Assembly: GCA_030390025.1 (NCBI GenBank)
Contig: JASTWF010000187.1
Coordinates: forward strand, 496,001-560,000
From: Squalus acanthias
Taxonomy: Eukaryota
Length of the DNA: 64,000 nucleotides
Direction of reading: 5' to 3'
Shown here: positions 62,600 to 64,000 of the stretch, piece by piece
How the letters are laid out: each line of letters opens with the position of its first letter
Numbering within the stretch: the stretch's first letter is position 1
Program-made: the position numbers and the translations under genes
Notes under the pieces: model-generated
Told to the model about the DNA's origin: nothing
Database searches by the model: none
The model's input: only the letters and a program-made list of their open reading frames with translations

Positions 62600-63700
62600 C
62601 TGTGTGGACAGGTCCAGTTCAGCACAGCTGCATGCAGTGTGGACAGGTCCAATTCAGGACAGTTACATTCAGTGTGGACAGGTCCAGTTCAGCACAGCTG
62701 CATGCAGTGTGGGCAGGTCCAATTCAGGACAGTTACATTCAGTGTGGGCAGGTCCAATTCAGGACAGTTACATTCAGTGTGGACAGGTCCAGTTCAGCAG
62801 AGTTACATTCAGTACAGTTACATTTACTGTGGATAGGTCCAGTTCAGCACGGTTACATTCAGTGTGGAAAGTTCCAGTTCAGAACAGTTACATTCAGTGT
62901 GGACATCTCCTGTTCAGCATGGTTACATTCAGTGTGTACGGGTCCAGTTTAGCACGATTACATTCAGTGTAGTCAGGTCCTGTTCAGCACAGTTGTATTC
63001 AGTGTTGACAGGTCCAGTTCAAAACAGTTACATTCATTGTGGACAGGTCCTATTCAGCACAGTTGCATTCAGTGTTGACAGGTCCAGTTCAACACAGTTA
63101 CATACAGTGTGGACAGGTCCAGTTCAGCACAGTTACATTCAGTGTGGACAGGTCCAGTTCAACACAGTTACATTCATTGTGGAGAGGTCCTGTTCAGCAC
63201 AGTTGCATTCAGTGTTGACAGGTCCAGTTCAGCACAGTTACATACAGTGTGGACAGGTCCAGTTCAACACAGTTACATTCAGTGTGGACAGGTCCAGTTC
63301 AGCACAGTTACATTCAGTGTGGACAGGTCCAGTTCAACACAGTTACATTCAGTGTGTACAGGTCCAGTTCTGCACAGTTACATTTAGTGTGGACAGGTCC
63401 AGTTCAGCACAGTTACATTCAGTGCGGACAGGTACAGTTCAACACAGTTACTTTCAGTGCGGACAGGTACAGTTCAACACAGTTACTTTCAGTGTGGGCA
63501 GGTACAGTTCAACACAGTTACATTCAGTGTGGACAGGTCTATTTCAGCACAGTTACATTCAGTGCGGACATCTCCAGTTCAACACAGTGACATTCAGTGT
63601 GGACAGTCCAGTTCAACACAGCTACATTCAGTGTGGACAGGTCTAGTTCAGCACAGTTAGTTTCAGTGTGGAAAGGTCCAATTCTGGACGGTTACATCGA
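62600..63700. repeat. 35-bp minisatellite (~31 copies)
   Basis: Unit GTGGACAGGTCCAGTTCAGCACAGTTACATTCAGT. Confidence 0.95.
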
Positions 63701-64000
63701 ATGCGGACTGATCTAATTGATCCTGGCTACATTCAGTATAATTCAGTTCAGCTTAGTGGCTGTCTTAGTGGATCGCGGTGGTAGTAAAAGCTGCGATAAA
63801 GCTAAAGTTGAAATTGACAAAGTTTAACCGGAAATTAGACCTCTCTGGAAGGATCTCAAATCTGACCAGGCTGCTGGGCCTGACATGAGCAACAGAGGGT
63901 TTGGCTATAAAACGTGTAGAAATTTATCATTTATCTGTTGAGGCAAAGAATGGACGGACAGAGTTGTCATAAACGAAGAGTGTCACAAACAGAGTGTAAA

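Noticed and set aside
62541-63660. ORFs up to 260 aa near the right end
   Set aside because: Translation of the 35-bp minisatellite cycling through frames.

Overview
Eukaryotic genomic DNA from a cartilaginous fish (shark/elasmobranch), not prokaryotic. The main gene is one complete immunoglobulin heavy-chain (IgM) cluster on the + strand. Its parts are the leader (8829-8874), an already-joined V-D-J exon with no RSS (9003-9368), CH1-CH4, a secretory tailpiece, TM1 and a probable TM2 (to 27774). As written it is a pseudogene: an in-frame TAG in FR2, a -1 frameshift at the start of CH2 and a -1 frameshift in the tailpiece. The second gene is an intact two-exon GPR139-like 7TM receptor on the - strand (59834-54730, 325 aa). 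An inverted partial paralog of that receptor is fused in frame to the N-terminus of a Harbinger-type transposase (35414-36296). The rest is repeats: an 8-kb 15-bp satellite that is an array of RSS-heptamer motifs just upstream of the VH promoter, about ten minisatellites, nested CR1 LINEs, L2, a Deu-domain SINE, Harbinger-type MITEs (one forming a 1.46-kb palindrome), Penelope-like elements with hammerhead ribozymes (one forming a 1.1-kb palindrome), and a decayed C2H2 zinc-finger gene. Many frameshifts in the window are single-base losses in short homopolymers, so some may be assembly errors. Comparisons to horn shark and nurse shark sequences are from recall, not database searches.
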